Shown: positions 49,433-58,896 of the stretch, one piece after another
Layout of the letters: each line of letters begins with the position of its first letter
Position numbering within the stretch: position 1 is the first letter of the stretch
Source of the DNA: an uncultured Enterobacteriaceae bacterium
GTDB taxonomy: Bacteria; Myxococcota_A; UBA9042
Assembly (NCBI GenBank): GCA_964438735.1
Contig: CAYTLW010000014.1
Location: 19,635 to 83,634, forward strand
DNA length: 64,000 nucleotides
Reading direction: 5' to 3'
Made by a program: the position numbers and the translations under genes
Notes under the pieces: model-generated
What the model was told of the DNA's origin: nothing
Databases searched by the model: none
Seen by the model: the letters and a program-made list of their open reading frames with translations, nothing else

Positions 49433-51214
49433 ATGAACTCCTATCGCGCCCCAAGGCAAGAGCTGCGCGCGCTGACCGCTGTGATGGCCTGCCTGGTCCT
49501 CTCCGCCTGCGCCGTTGCCGACGTCGAGCCGGTTGGCGACGGCCCCCTGGGCCTGTCCATCCGCGCCCTTTCGAGCACCTGCAGCGGCACGCCCAACGCC
49601 AATCCCTTCCAGGACGTCAAGAACATCGCCATCAGCGTGCGGGCCGAGGATATCGAGGCTTTCGGCCAGAGCGTCACGCTGAAGGGCAAGTCGATCAAGG
49701 TCGCTGAAGTGCCGGCCGGCAGTGGCCGCGAAATCACCCTCCTGGGCAAGAACGCAGCCGGCAAGAAGCTCTGGTTTGGCCGCAAATCTGGGGTCAAAGT
49801 GGTCAAGAATACGACCACGAACCTCGACATCACCTTGATGGCCCTGGACGCCTTTACCTGTGTCAGCCCGGTCTCGGCCAAAGCCAGCAGCGTGATCTTC
49901 CCGTCGGTGACCCGCTTCGCCAACGGCAAGGTGCTCATCACCGGCGGTTTCGCCCTGGCCAAGACCAGCGGCAAGAACCTGCTGCTCACCCAGCCGCTGG
50001 ATCGGGCGTACATCTTCGACGCCAACACCGGCAAGATGCGCGAGCTGAAGAACCAGGAGCGCATGAACGAGGGCCGTGGCGGACATAGTGCGGTCTACCT
50101 GCCGGCCAGCAATCGGGTGCTCATCGTCGGCGGCGCCAGGGAGATGACAGCGCCCACCAACAAGTCGGGTCCGCCGACCTGGCAGCCGGCCAAGGCGACG
50201 AACATCACCTACGAGATCTTCGACGTGGCGACCGAGAAATTCCTCAAGCCCTTCGACGCCTCGTTGGGCCACTCGGTCAAGCGGGTCTTCCCCAACTTGA
50301 TGGCCCTGGCGGGCGACTATGTGGTCTCTTTGGGTGGCGCCCAGTGGCCGACCAGCCTGACCGCCGATCAACAGACGTACCTGAACTCGGACCTCTACGA
50401 TCCGCAGGCGCCTTTCGATCCCACGCTCAACAGCAAGGACGAGCGGCTGGGTGCCTTCGTGAAGAATGGCGCCGCCCTGCCGTTGACCGAGGTGCGCGCG
50501 GGCGCGGCGCTGGCGTTCGTCGGTACCACGGCGCTCGGTGTCAGCAAGTACCTGATCTGGGGTGGCGGCGGCACGGTGGCCGAGGTGTTCACCGAATCAT
50601 CCAGCCCCGGCGACGGCACCTTCGACAACACCTACGTCATCGAGGGCGACATCATCAAGAAGAAGGGCAGCCTCTACTTCTCCAGCCTGACCTCGTTGGG
50701 CGCTTCGGCCGGCAATGACGGGCGCTTCCTGTCCATCGGCGGCATCCGCCACGACGGCAAGAAGTGGCTCGCTCCCAGCGCCGACGACGCCTACCTGGTG
50801 GTGCTGACCACGCCCGACAAGGGCAAGAAGCGGATCAATACCATCAGGATCTCGGGCCTCGGCGCCGGCATCTACATGCACCAGGCCAGCCTCACCGACG
50901 ACAATCACGTCCTGGTCAGCGGCGGCTTCAACAAGTTCGGACAGCCCTCGTCCGTGACCATGCGGACCTTCGACATCAGCCCCATTCAAGACAAGGCGAA
51001 CATGGACAAGGCCGCCGCCGGCAAGCTGAAGCTGAGCCTGAAGGAGCCCGCCTCGGCGAAAGCCTTCGTCAAGCGCGGCGGTCATGGCGCCGTGCGCCTG
51101 AACAACGATTGCATCCTGGCATTCGGCGGGGTCACCGACCTCGTCGACCTGCTCAAGACCGGCGAGGCGGCAAGCGACATTTACTGCCCGCAACACCTGG
51201 ATCCGGATCTGTAG
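49433..51214 (+). CDS. kelch/beta-propeller lipoprotein
   Basis: VLSA-C lipobox. Repeated blades LITGGF, LIVGG, LIWGG, LSIGG, LVSGG, LAFGG. Confidence 0.82.
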   Translation: MNSYRAPRQELRALTAVMACLVLSACAVADVEPVGDGPLGLSIRALSSTCSGTPNANPFQDVKNIAISVRAEDIEAFGQSVTLKGKSIKVAEVPAGSGREITLLGKNAAGKKLWFGRKSGVKVVKNTTTNLDITLMALDAFTCVSPVSAKASSVIFPSVTRFANGKVLITGGFALAKTSGKNLLLTQPLDRAYIFDANTGKMRELKNQERMNEGRGGHSAVYLPASNRVLIVGGAREMTAPTNKSGPPTWQPAKATNITYEIFDVATEKFLKPFDASLGHSVKRVFPNLMALAGDYVVSLGGAQWPTSLTADQQTYLNSDLYDPQAPFDPTLNSKDERLGAFVKNGAALPLTEVRAGAALAFVGTTALGVSKYLIWGGGGTVAEVFTESSSPGDGTFDNTYVIEGDIIKKKGSLYFSSLTSLGASAGNDGRFLSIGGIRHDGKKWLAPSADDAYLVVLTTPDKGKKRINTIRISGLGAGIYMHQASLTDDNHVLVSGGFNKFGQPSSVTMRTFDISPIQDKANMDKAAAGKLKLSLKEPASAKAFVKRGGHGAVRLNNDCILAFGGVTDLVDLLKTGEAASDIYCPQHLDPDL

Positions 51215-51250
51215 AGCAGATTCGCGGAACTCCGTCCCGGAGGACACGTC

Positions 51251-52666
51251 ATGAGCCATAAGGAGCGCGCCAAGGGTGGCCGAGGGGGTCGCCGACCGAG
51301 TCGCACGACCCGGTTCCTGGCAGCGATCTGCGCCATCGCCCTGCTGCAGGTGCACTGGGTCGGCCTGGTGCAACACGGCCCCTGGATCGCCGAGGTGAAA
51401 GCCCAGGCGATCGTGACCAACACCATGGCCGTGCTCGTGGTTCCGCCGAACCGGCGCAACGTCAAGCGAGCCATCGCCCTGGAGCGCCTGCTGGGCAGCT
51501 ACGTGCCGCGCCTGGAGCAGGTGGTGGCGTTCGAGCTGTCGCCGGTCGAGGGCGTAGAGCAGGAAGGCAAGATCGCCGAGCTGGTGGAGCAGTCCCTGCG
51601 CGCGCTCCTGCTGCGCACACCGCAGCGGGCAAGCGACCGACTCAAGGCCGCCAAGAAGCTGCTCAACAAGTACCCGAGCGCCGGCGATGTGCGCCTGTAT
51701 GCGCGCTTCTTCAAGGCGCTGTCGCTGGTCGCCCTGGCCCGGCAGAAGCTGGTCGAATCCCGCAACGCGATGCTCAAGTCGGTGGTGCTCTTCCCGAGCC
51801 AGGCCGAAGAGGAGTACGTCGCCTACGGCTCGCTGGCGCGCGACCTCTTCCGCACGGTCAAGACCACCTATGAGGGCGCGCCCACCGGCGACCTGCTCAT
51901 CGGCAGCAAGCCAAAGTCTGCTCAGCTCTGGGTGGACGGCACCTACCGCGGCACCACCCCGCTCAAGGTCTCCGACCTTCCCATCGGCGATCATCGCCTC
52001 ACGGTGCGAGCGCCGGGCATGACGGCCGAGCGTCGCTTCGTCACGGTGAACGCTGCCAAGCCGGTCAGGGTCAAGGTCGCCTTGAAGCCCGCCCCCTTCC
52101 ACGAGGATTTGCGCCAGGGTCGCTCGGTGTTGATCGCCAACTTCAACCAGCCGACGGTGATCGAGGATCGCATCCGCGAGCTGCGCAACGAGCTGGGCAC
52201 CGATCAGATCATGGTGGTGCGGGCCGGCTTCACCCGTCAGCAGACCGAGATGAAGGGCTACTTCCTGGGCGCCGATGGCGCCTTCAAGAAGGTCCAGGCG
52301 GTGATCCCCAAGGACGAGAACTACCTGACCGCCAACGCCAAGTTCGTCGCTGAATCGGCCGGTGCCAAGTTGCTGCCAGACCCGGGCAAGCAGCCACTGG
52401 ACCATCGTAAGAGCGTCGTCGTGGCGTCCAAGAAGATCGCCAGCTCGGCGGCCGACGCGGCCATCGACCCCAACGCGCCCCTGTTCCAGTCCGACAAAGA
52501 GGTCGAGGAGCCCATCACCGGCAAGTGGTGGTTCTGGGCCGGCGTGGGTGGCGGTGTGCTGCTCCTGACGGGCGGTGCCTTGTTGCTTCTCGGCGGCAAA
52601 ACCGAGGGGCCGGGCAAGGCCACCGGCACGTTGCAGATCGGCCTGCACAAGCCCTCGGACGGCTGA
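51251..52666 (+). CDS. PEGA-domain membrane-anchored protein
   Basis: LLIGSKPKSAQLWVDGTYRGTTPLKVSDLPIGDHRLTVRAPG. C-terminal PITGKWWFWAGVGGGVLL. Confidence 0.85.
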   Translation: MSHKERAKGGRGGRRPSRTTRFLAAICAIALLQVHWVGLVQHGPWIAEVKAQAIVTNTMAVLVVPPNRRNVKRAIALERLLGSYVPRLEQVVAFELSPVEGVEQEGKIAELVEQSLRALLLRTPQRASDRLKAAKKLLNKYPSAGDVRLYARFFKALSLVALARQKLVESRNAMLKSVVLFPSQAEEEYVAYGSLARDLFRTVKTTYEGAPTGDLLIGSKPKSAQLWVDGTYRGTTPLKVSDLPIGDHRLTVRAPGMTAERRFVTVNAAKPVRVKVALKPAPFHEDLRQGRSVLIANFNQPTVIEDRIRELRNELGTDQIMVVRAGFTRQQTEMKGYFLGADGAFKKVQAVIPKDENYLTANAKFVAESAGAKLLPDPGKQPLDHRKSVVVASKKIASSAADAAIDPNAPLFQSDKEVEEPITGKWWFWAGVGGGVLLLTGGALLLLGGKTEGPGKATGTLQIGLHKPSDG

Positions 52667-52669
52667 TCC

Positions 52670-53470
52670 GTGGCGCATTTCGCGACACAGCACCCGATTC
52701 GAAGCTGCCTGATCGCGGCGCTGATCATCGGCTTGTTGCCGCTGGAGGCGGCGGCGGCGGATAGCTGGATGAAGCTGCGCCGCAAGGGCGTCAAAGCTGT
52801 GCTCGAGGCGTCGAAGAAGGCCGCTTCCGCGGAACCGTGGCGCGCGACCTGGCGGATTGACGACGCCAAGGCAGGTGCCCTGAAAGGTCTGCAGGTCTCC
52901 CTGCGGGTGGCCAGGGTCGCGGCGGATAAGAGCAAGCCCGAGCGGTTGGCCACGGTCATCAAGCTGTCGGGGATGCCCGCCCTGGCAGGTGTCGGCGTGG
53001 CCACTGTGGGCGACGAGGTCTGGCTCCGATCACCGGGCACCGCCAAGCCGCTCAGGGCCACGGCGAAGGCCCTCTTCCAGCCCTTGCCCGGCGTCGACGT
53101 GCCGCCCGGACTGCTGGCCGTGGCCGGCCTGGCCGGACACTACGACGGTAGCCTGGCCGGCGAATTCGGTGGCAGCGCCGTGATCGTTCTGCAGCCGCGC
53201 TACACCGGCGGCAAGGGTTGGGCGCGCATGAAGATCGGCATCTCCAAGCGCACGCTGATGCCGACCATGGGCGAATACAACGACCGCAACGGCAAGGCGC
53301 TGGGCCGCTGGCTGTGGCTGCAGACGCGCATGAAGGGTGAGTTGATGGTCGCCGGCAGACTCCGAATTCGCACCATGAAGCGTGAAAAGCCCATCGACCT
53401 GGAGTTGGTGAGCCTCGAACGCGGGCCTGCGATCGGGCGCTTGCCGGTCGCGCTCAAGGCGCTCGAGTAG
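52670..53470 (+). CDS. LolA-like outer-membrane lipoprotein-sorting protein
   Basis: Signal peptide. DEVWLRSPG, IVLQPR, ISKRTLMP..GEYNDRNGK pattern. Confidence 0.6.
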   Translation: MAHFATQHPIRSCLIAALIIGLLPLEAAAADSWMKLRRKGVKAVLEASKKAASAEPWRATWRIDDAKAGALKGLQVSLRVARVAADKSKPERLATVIKLSGMPALAGVGVATVGDEVWLRSPGTAKPLRATAKALFQPLPGVDVPPGLLAVAGLAGHYDGSLAGEFGGSAVIVLQPRYTGGKGWARMKIGISKRTLMPTMGEYNDRNGKALGRWLWLQTRMKGELMVAGRLRIRTMKREKPIDLELVSLERGPAIGRLPVALKALE

Positions 53471-53584
53471 CCGTCTTGCCGGGGCGCCGGCACGCGGCTA
53501 TTCTCTGGCCACTCGGCCGCAGTTCTTGTCGCGCTGCAGCCGCAGGGAGCCCCGGCAACGGCCGGGCCGAGTCGAGGGAGATCC

Positions 53585-54922
53585 ATGGCAGGCAGATCGC
53601 GCTCATTGCGGATGCTCACCGTCGTCGTTGTGCTGGCAGGCCTGGGCCTGTCGCCGCAGATGGCCGAAGCCGCCGAAGTCACGGACGTGCTGGACGCCTT
53701 CGACTTCGAAAACAACAACCCGTATGACCTGAGCATGCGCCTGCGCTTCGGCCAGGACACGCGCAGCGCGGTCATCGCCCGCGAGATGCGCTGCCTGAGT
53801 GCTGATCAGATCGGCGCCAATTATTGCGCCGACGGCTCGCGAACGATCTTCGCCCGAGAGCTCGCCTACTCGCGCACTCGTCAGACCATGTTCATCGACA
53901 CCCGCGTCGGTCTGCACAAGGACGTGGAGCTCTATGCAACCTTCCCGATCGTGATCAGCGACTCGTGGGAGCACGGCTATGTGGACGGCGTCGGGCCGGG
54001 CAACTCGACGATTCACCCAGCCAGCGACCAGGCGGCCATCTTCGCCGGCGACTACAAGAGCACCGACCGCGGTGGCTTCGGTGACCTCTCTGTCGGCCTG
54101 AAGTGGTCGCCCATCAACTACTACCGCGACCCCGCGACCGCGACCTGGGTCCTGGGCGTGGAGTACATGGCGCCCACGGGCACGCCCATGGAGGCGAGCA
54201 ATGATGGCGTCGGCCTGGGCATCCACGAGCTGCGCTTCTACACCACGATTTCGCGCCGGGCGCTGGGCATCATCGAGCCCTTCTTCAACCTGCACGGCAA
54301 CCTGCGCTTCGGCGCCAACGACAGCCTCTTCGTCAGCCACGGGGCGACCCAGACCCGGTCGACGCCGGGCAGCTCCATCGGCACCCAGTTCGGCACCGAG
54401 ATCATCCCCTGGGAGGACCTGAAGCAGGACGCCCGGGTCGAGCTCGAGTTCGGCTTCCGCATGGACTACATATTCCGCGGCCGCGAATACACCGAGATCT
54501 GGGAGGCGCTGGCCTCGGCCGACAACCCCTGCCAGCCGGAGAAGGGGTGCATCAACACGCTCCATCACAAGAGCGAGGTCGACAAGGCCACGCAGCAGCA
54601 CACGCGCACCGATGGCGTGACCGACGTGGAGCAGTACGGCCAGTTCACCGGCTGGGCATCGCTGCACTACCAGCCGATCCGCCAGTTCCAGCTGAGCGCT
54701 TCGTTCGCCTACGCTGTGGACACCCCGCACTTCATCACTTTCGGCGACTACGGCAAGGATCTCGACGGCAAGAGTGGCGTGCAGCCGGCGAACTCCGAGG
54801 ATCCGCCCAAGAACGAGTACAGCCCGACGTTCCTGCCAGCGTTGGACAATCCAGGCAACCGCCTCCGCCTGCAGGATGCGGCGACCTGGACGTTGATGCT
54901 CTCCGTTTCCGGCAAGCTGTAG
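53585..54922 (+). CDS. probable outer-membrane beta-barrel protein
   Basis: Signal peptide (AEA-AEV), GGFGDLSVGLKW, amphipathic strands, C-terminal LMLSVSGKL. Confidence 0.7.
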   Translation: MAGRSRSLRMLTVVVVLAGLGLSPQMAEAAEVTDVLDAFDFENNNPYDLSMRLRFGQDTRSAVIAREMRCLSADQIGANYCADGSRTIFARELAYSRTRQTMFIDTRVGLHKDVELYATFPIVISDSWEHGYVDGVGPGNSTIHPASDQAAIFAGDYKSTDRGGFGDLSVGLKWSPINYYRDPATATWVLGVEYMAPTGTPMEASNDGVGLGIHELRFYTTISRRALGIIEPFFNLHGNLRFGANDSLFVSHGATQTRSTPGSSIGTQFGTEIIPWEDLKQDARVELEFGFRMDYIFRGREYTEIWEALASADNPCQPEKGCINTLHHKSEVDKATQQHTRTDGVTDVEQYGQFTGWASLHYQPIRQFQLSASFAYAVDTPHFITFGDYGKDLDGKSGVQPANSEDPPKNEYSPTFLPALDNPGNRLRLQDAATWTLMLSVSGKL

Positions 54923-55090
54923 CGCCTCAAACCCCAACCCAGGCCCCTCGATGCGTGCCGGCATGACCGGTGGCGCCACAATCTTCCATTGAATCGTGAG
55001 CCGGCAGCGTCTATCGTGCGGCGGCCTCGCGCAGGGGCGACGCGCGGGGGGGAGCGCGCGCGTCGCGCGCAACGAGGGCGAGGAGGGGCG

Positions 55091-57214
55091 ATGTCGAGGC
55101 CCGGATTGTTGAGAATGACCGGCATCTTTGGCGACATTCGAGGCCAACTGATGGTCGCGTGTCTGGCTGCCATGGTCGCCGGCTGCAGCGGCACCTCCGG
55201 CACGGCGCCAGCTCAGTTGCAGCCATGCTCGGTCCCCGGTGATTGCCCGGCCGGCCTGACGTGCACCGACGGCGCCTGCGTGGCGGAGTCGAATAACGGC
55301 GGCGGCGGAGCCAAGTTCGGTGAAGATGGCGGCGCCACCACCGGCGGCCTGACAGACGGATCGGGGACGGCGGAGAGCTGCAATGCCGACGCCGACTGCA
55401 ACGACAACCTCGCCTGCACCAAAGACACCTGCGTCGCCGGCAACTGCCAGCACGATGGCGCTGATACCTGCTGCAAGGTGCCTGCCGACTGCGTCTACAA
55501 GGGCGCCGATCCCCAGTGCCGGGACGCGGCTTGCGTGACCGGACTCTGCGTCTTCGCGGTCAAGAATATCGAGGGCTGCGGCTGCTTCTCGCCGACCGAT
55601 TGCGACGATGGAAACTCCTGCTCCGTCGACGGCTGCCTGCTCAACGAGTGCAGCTACGACGTCTACCAGAACCCGACCAACCCGGCCGACAACAGCGACC
55701 CCTCCGATCCGACCAGCAAGTGCTGCGCGGCCGATGTCGATTGCGATGACGGCGACGAGGGCACCTGGGAGAGCTGCGTATCGTTCCGCTGCGTGGTGGA
55801 GAAGCTGATCTTGTGCTCGGCCGACAAAGATTGCGACGACGGCGATGCCTGCACCAACGGTTCATGCCACGACGGCAAATGCGTCTTCGCGCCCAAACCG
55901 GGCTGCTGCAAGGACACCGCCGACTGTTACGACGGCAGCGCGTGCAGCATCGACACCTGCAAAGATGGCGCCTGTGCCTGGTTCCCCAGCACCGCCGAGG
56001 GCTGCTGCAAGGCCGACGTGGACTGCGACGATGGCGTGCCCTGCACCAAGGACGGCTGCAACGCCAAGTACAACTGCGAGAACGCTCCGCAAGCCGGCTG
56101 CTGCATCAGCGCTGGCGAGTGCGACGACGGCAACACCTGCACGCTGGATTATTGCGACAAGGGCGAGTGCAAGCACAGCAAGCCGCCCGAGGGCTGCTGC
56201 AAGACCGATGGCGATTGCGTCTCCAGCGATCCCTGCGCCAAGGGCACCTGCAGCAACGGCGACTGCAGCTTCAGCAAGATCGCCAACTGCTGCGTCAGCG
56301 CGGCCGACTGCGACGACGGCGTGGGCTGCACCGTGGACAGCTGCATCGCCGGCCAGTGCAAGCACGAGTCCGGTGGCCAGAAGTGCTGCAGCGTCAACCT
56401 GGAGTGCGACGACAGCAACTCCTGTACTGACGACATGTGCAACGGCGGCGTATGCGTCAATACGCCCAAGCCGGGTTGCCAGACCAACAAGTGCGGCGAT
56501 GGCAAGTGCGACGCCAACGAGTCGGCGCTGACCTGCCCGCAAGATTGCGGCTCGTCGGGCAACGACTCCTGCCTGGGCAAGTGCGATAAGTTCGACCCCC
56601 TGGCCAAGTGCTCCTGTTCGCAGTACTGCACGCTGCTGAACAACTGCTGCCCCGACTACAAGCAGGTCTGTGGCGGCGGAGGCGGCACACCCAACAAGAC
56701 GTGCAAGGGCAAGTGTGGTGGCCAGGGCACCGGCGGCTGCTGGTGTGACAGCACGTGCAGCCAGAGCGGCGATTGCTGCCCCGACTTCAAACAGGAGTGC
56801 GGTGGCGGCGGCACGCCGACCAAGACCTGCCAGGGCAAGTGCGGCGGCGAGGGCACCGGCGGCTGCTGGTGCGACGCCAAGTGCTCCAGCTACGGCAACT
56901 GCTGCCCCGACTATCAGCAGGTCTGTGGCGGCGGCACCGGCGGCGCGGATTCATGTGCCGGAAAGTGTGGCAAATACGACGGATCGGCCAAGTGCCAATG
57001 CGACACGGGCTGCAAGAACTACAAGGATTGCTGCGCCGATTATGACAAGCAGTGCGGCGGCGGCGGCGGCGGCAACAACCAGTGCGGCGCCAATCCCGCC
57101 TCCACCTGCAAGGGCAAATGCGGCAAGTTCTCCGCCGGGGCCTCGTGCCAGTGCGACTCCAGTTGTCAGCAATTCAAAGACTGTTGCCCTGACATCGGCC
57201 CCTGCTGCCCCTGA
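55091..57214 (+). CDS. Cys-rich lipoprotein: ~11 CDDGNxCTxDxC repeats + five somatomedin-B-like domains
   Basis: AGGAGG RBS, MVAG-C lipobox, repeats read directly from the translation. Confidence 0.88.
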   Translation: MSRPGLLRMTGIFGDIRGQLMVACLAAMVAGCSGTSGTAPAQLQPCSVPGDCPAGLTCTDGACVAESNNGGGGAKFGEDGGATTGGLTDGSGTAESCNADADCNDNLACTKDTCVAGNCQHDGADTCCKVPADCVYKGADPQCRDAACVTGLCVFAVKNIEGCGCFSPTDCDDGNSCSVDGCLLNECSYDVYQNPTNPADNSDPSDPTSKCCAADVDCDDGDEGTWESCVSFRCVVEKLILCSADKDCDDGDACTNGSCHDGKCVFAPKPGCCKDTADCYDGSACSIDTCKDGACAWFPSTAEGCCKADVDCDDGVPCTKDGCNAKYNCENAPQAGCCISAGECDDGNTCTLDYCDKGECKHSKPPEGCCKTDGDCVSSDPCAKGTCSNGDCSFSKIANCCVSAADCDDGVGCTVDSCIAGQCKHESGGQKCCSVNLECDDSNSCTDDMCNGGVCVNTPKPGCQTNKCGDGKCDANESALTCPQDCGSSGNDSCLGKCDKFDPLAKCSCSQYCTLLNNCCPDYKQVCGGGGGTPNKTCKGKCGGQGTGGCWCDSTCSQSGDCCPDFKQECGGGGTPTKTCQGKCGGEGTGGCWCDAKCSSYGNCCPDYQQVCGGGTGGADSCAGKCGKYDGSAKCQCDTGCKNYKDCCADYDKQCGGGGGGNNQCGANPASTCKGKCGKFSAGASCQCDSSCQQFKDCCPDIGPCCP

Positions 57215-57222
57215 TAGCTTCG

Positions 57223-58776
57223 ATGCAAGAGCACTTGAGGACGGCGCTGCTGATCGCGCTCGTGGGCGGGGCTCTGTGCTGCCGCGAGCCGCCGCCCGAT
57301 GAAAAGCCGGGCGCCTTTTGCGTCGATCGAAGCGACTGCTCCGACGGCCAGACCTGTCGCAACAGCGCCTGCGGGCCGTGCACGAACTCCAATGAGTGCG
57401 ACGGCTATCTCTGCCTGGACGGCCAGTGCCAGCAAGGCGTCGGCTGCAGCTGCGCGCCGGGTGCGCGCTGCACCAACGCCAGCGCCTACTGCAAGGACGC
57501 CGGCGGCTACGACGTGGCGGAAGAAGTGTGTACCGACCGCTACGACTGCGATGACGGCAACCCGTGCACAGCGGATGAGTGCGGCAGCAGCGGCAAATGC
57601 ACCCACGGCACGGAGACCAATCCGCCGCCCGGTGCCCCGCAATGTTGCGCCAAGGTGAGCGATTGCGACGATGGCCACCCCTGCACCGAGGACGGCTGCC
57701 TCGACCACCAATGCAAAAACCTGCCCGAGCCGGGCTGCTGCGTGGCCCACATGGAGTGCCTGGACGACGATCCCTGCACCACGGACTCCTGCGTCGATAA
57801 CAGCTGCAAACACAGCCACCACGGCCTGCCCTGCTGCAAGGAAGCGCTGGACTGCATCGATGACGATCCGTGCACCTTGGAGGCCTGCGCTGGCGGCGCC
57901 TGCGTCGCGCCGCGCAAGCCCGACGCCAAAGTATGCCCGTGTTGGAACCTGGATGACTGCGACGATGGCAATCCCTGCACACTCGATACCTGCGTGGCGG
58001 GCAAGTGCCTGTACACCGTCGATCCGCAGGCGCTCAACACCAACCCATCCTGCTGCGATGAGCACCTGGACTGCGCCGATGGCAGCGCGTTGACCTCCGA
58101 TCGATGTGTGCTCAATCGATGCAGCCGCAGCGTAGCCAAGGTCTGCAAAGCCAAAGCGGAGTGCGACGACGACAACACCTGCACCAAGGACGCGTGCGTG
58201 GGCGGTGTCTGCGCCAACTCGCTCATCGTCGGCTGTTGCACAGACAACCTGCAATGCAGCGATGGCAACCTGTGTACCGATGATAAATGCAAGGGTGGCA
58301 AATGCAGTCACAGCGCCAAGCTGGCCAAGGGCTGCTGCACTTCGTCCACCCAGTGCAATGACGGGGTCAAGTGCACCAAGGATTCCTGTGCCTCGTTCAA
58401 CTGCGTGCACAAACCCACCGCAGCCGACTGCTGCGGTAGCGACAAACATTGCGATGACGGGGAGTGGTGCACGGACGACTACTGTGAAGGCGGCAAGTGC
58501 AAGCACTACAAGGCCGCCAAGAGCTGCTGCATCAAGAACTCTGAATGCAACGACGGCAACGCCTGCACCATCGACGTCTGCCTGGCCGGTCAGTGTTCCG
58601 CGAGCTGGATCAGCGATTGTTGCACCTCCGCTGCCATGTGCGACGACGGCAACAAGTGCACCAAGGATGCGTGCAGCCCGGCCAAGGCGTGCGTCAACAC
58701 CGTGATCGCCGGCTGCTGTTTTCACAATGGCAACTGCAAGCCGCCCAAGAAGTGCAAGAAGGGCAAGTGCGGCTAG
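57223..58776 (+). CDS. exported Cys-rich protein with ~12 CDDGNxCTxDxC repeats
   Basis: Signal/lipobox-like N-terminus, ~31-aa Cys repeats, 8 nt after the previous gene. Confidence 0.88.
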   Translation: MQEHLRTALLIALVGGALCCREPPPDEKPGAFCVDRSDCSDGQTCRNSACGPCTNSNECDGYLCLDGQCQQGVGCSCAPGARCTNASAYCKDAGGYDVAEEVCTDRYDCDDGNPCTADECGSSGKCTHGTETNPPPGAPQCCAKVSDCDDGHPCTEDGCLDHQCKNLPEPGCCVAHMECLDDDPCTTDSCVDNSCKHSHHGLPCCKEALDCIDDDPCTLEACAGGACVAPRKPDAKVCPCWNLDDCDDGNPCTLDTCVAGKCLYTVDPQALNTNPSCCDEHLDCADGSALTSDRCVLNRCSRSVAKVCKAKAECDDDNTCTKDACVGGVCANSLIVGCCTDNLQCSDGNLCTDDKCKGGKCSHSAKLAKGCCTSSTQCNDGVKCTKDSCASFNCVHKPTAADCCGSDKHCDDGEWCTDDYCEGGKCKHYKAAKSCCIKNSECNDGNACTIDVCLAGQCSASWISDCCTSAAMCDDGNKCTKDACSPAKACVNTVIAGCCFHNGNCKPPKKCKKGKCG

Positions 58777-58831
58777 ACGCCAAGCCGGCCGCCAGATGCA
58801 GTCTCGGGTGGCTTTTGCCGCCTTTTGCCGT

Positions 58832-58860
58832 TTGACAGGTCCGGATCGGCCGCCAACAAT
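58832..58860 (+). promoter_or_regulatory. sigma70-like promoter
   Basis: TTGACA-N17-AACAAT upstream of the 58897-def-fmt run. Confidence 0.55.
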
Positions 58861-58896
58861 GGCCGCGCTCGCGTTCACGTGGCCATGGAGACAACG

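Noticed and set aside
55380-58776. CRISPR-like or non-coding tandem repeats (recurring tgcgacgacggc)
   Set aside because: The repeats are in-frame codons of the CDDG protein repeats and degenerate at third positions. No cas genes.
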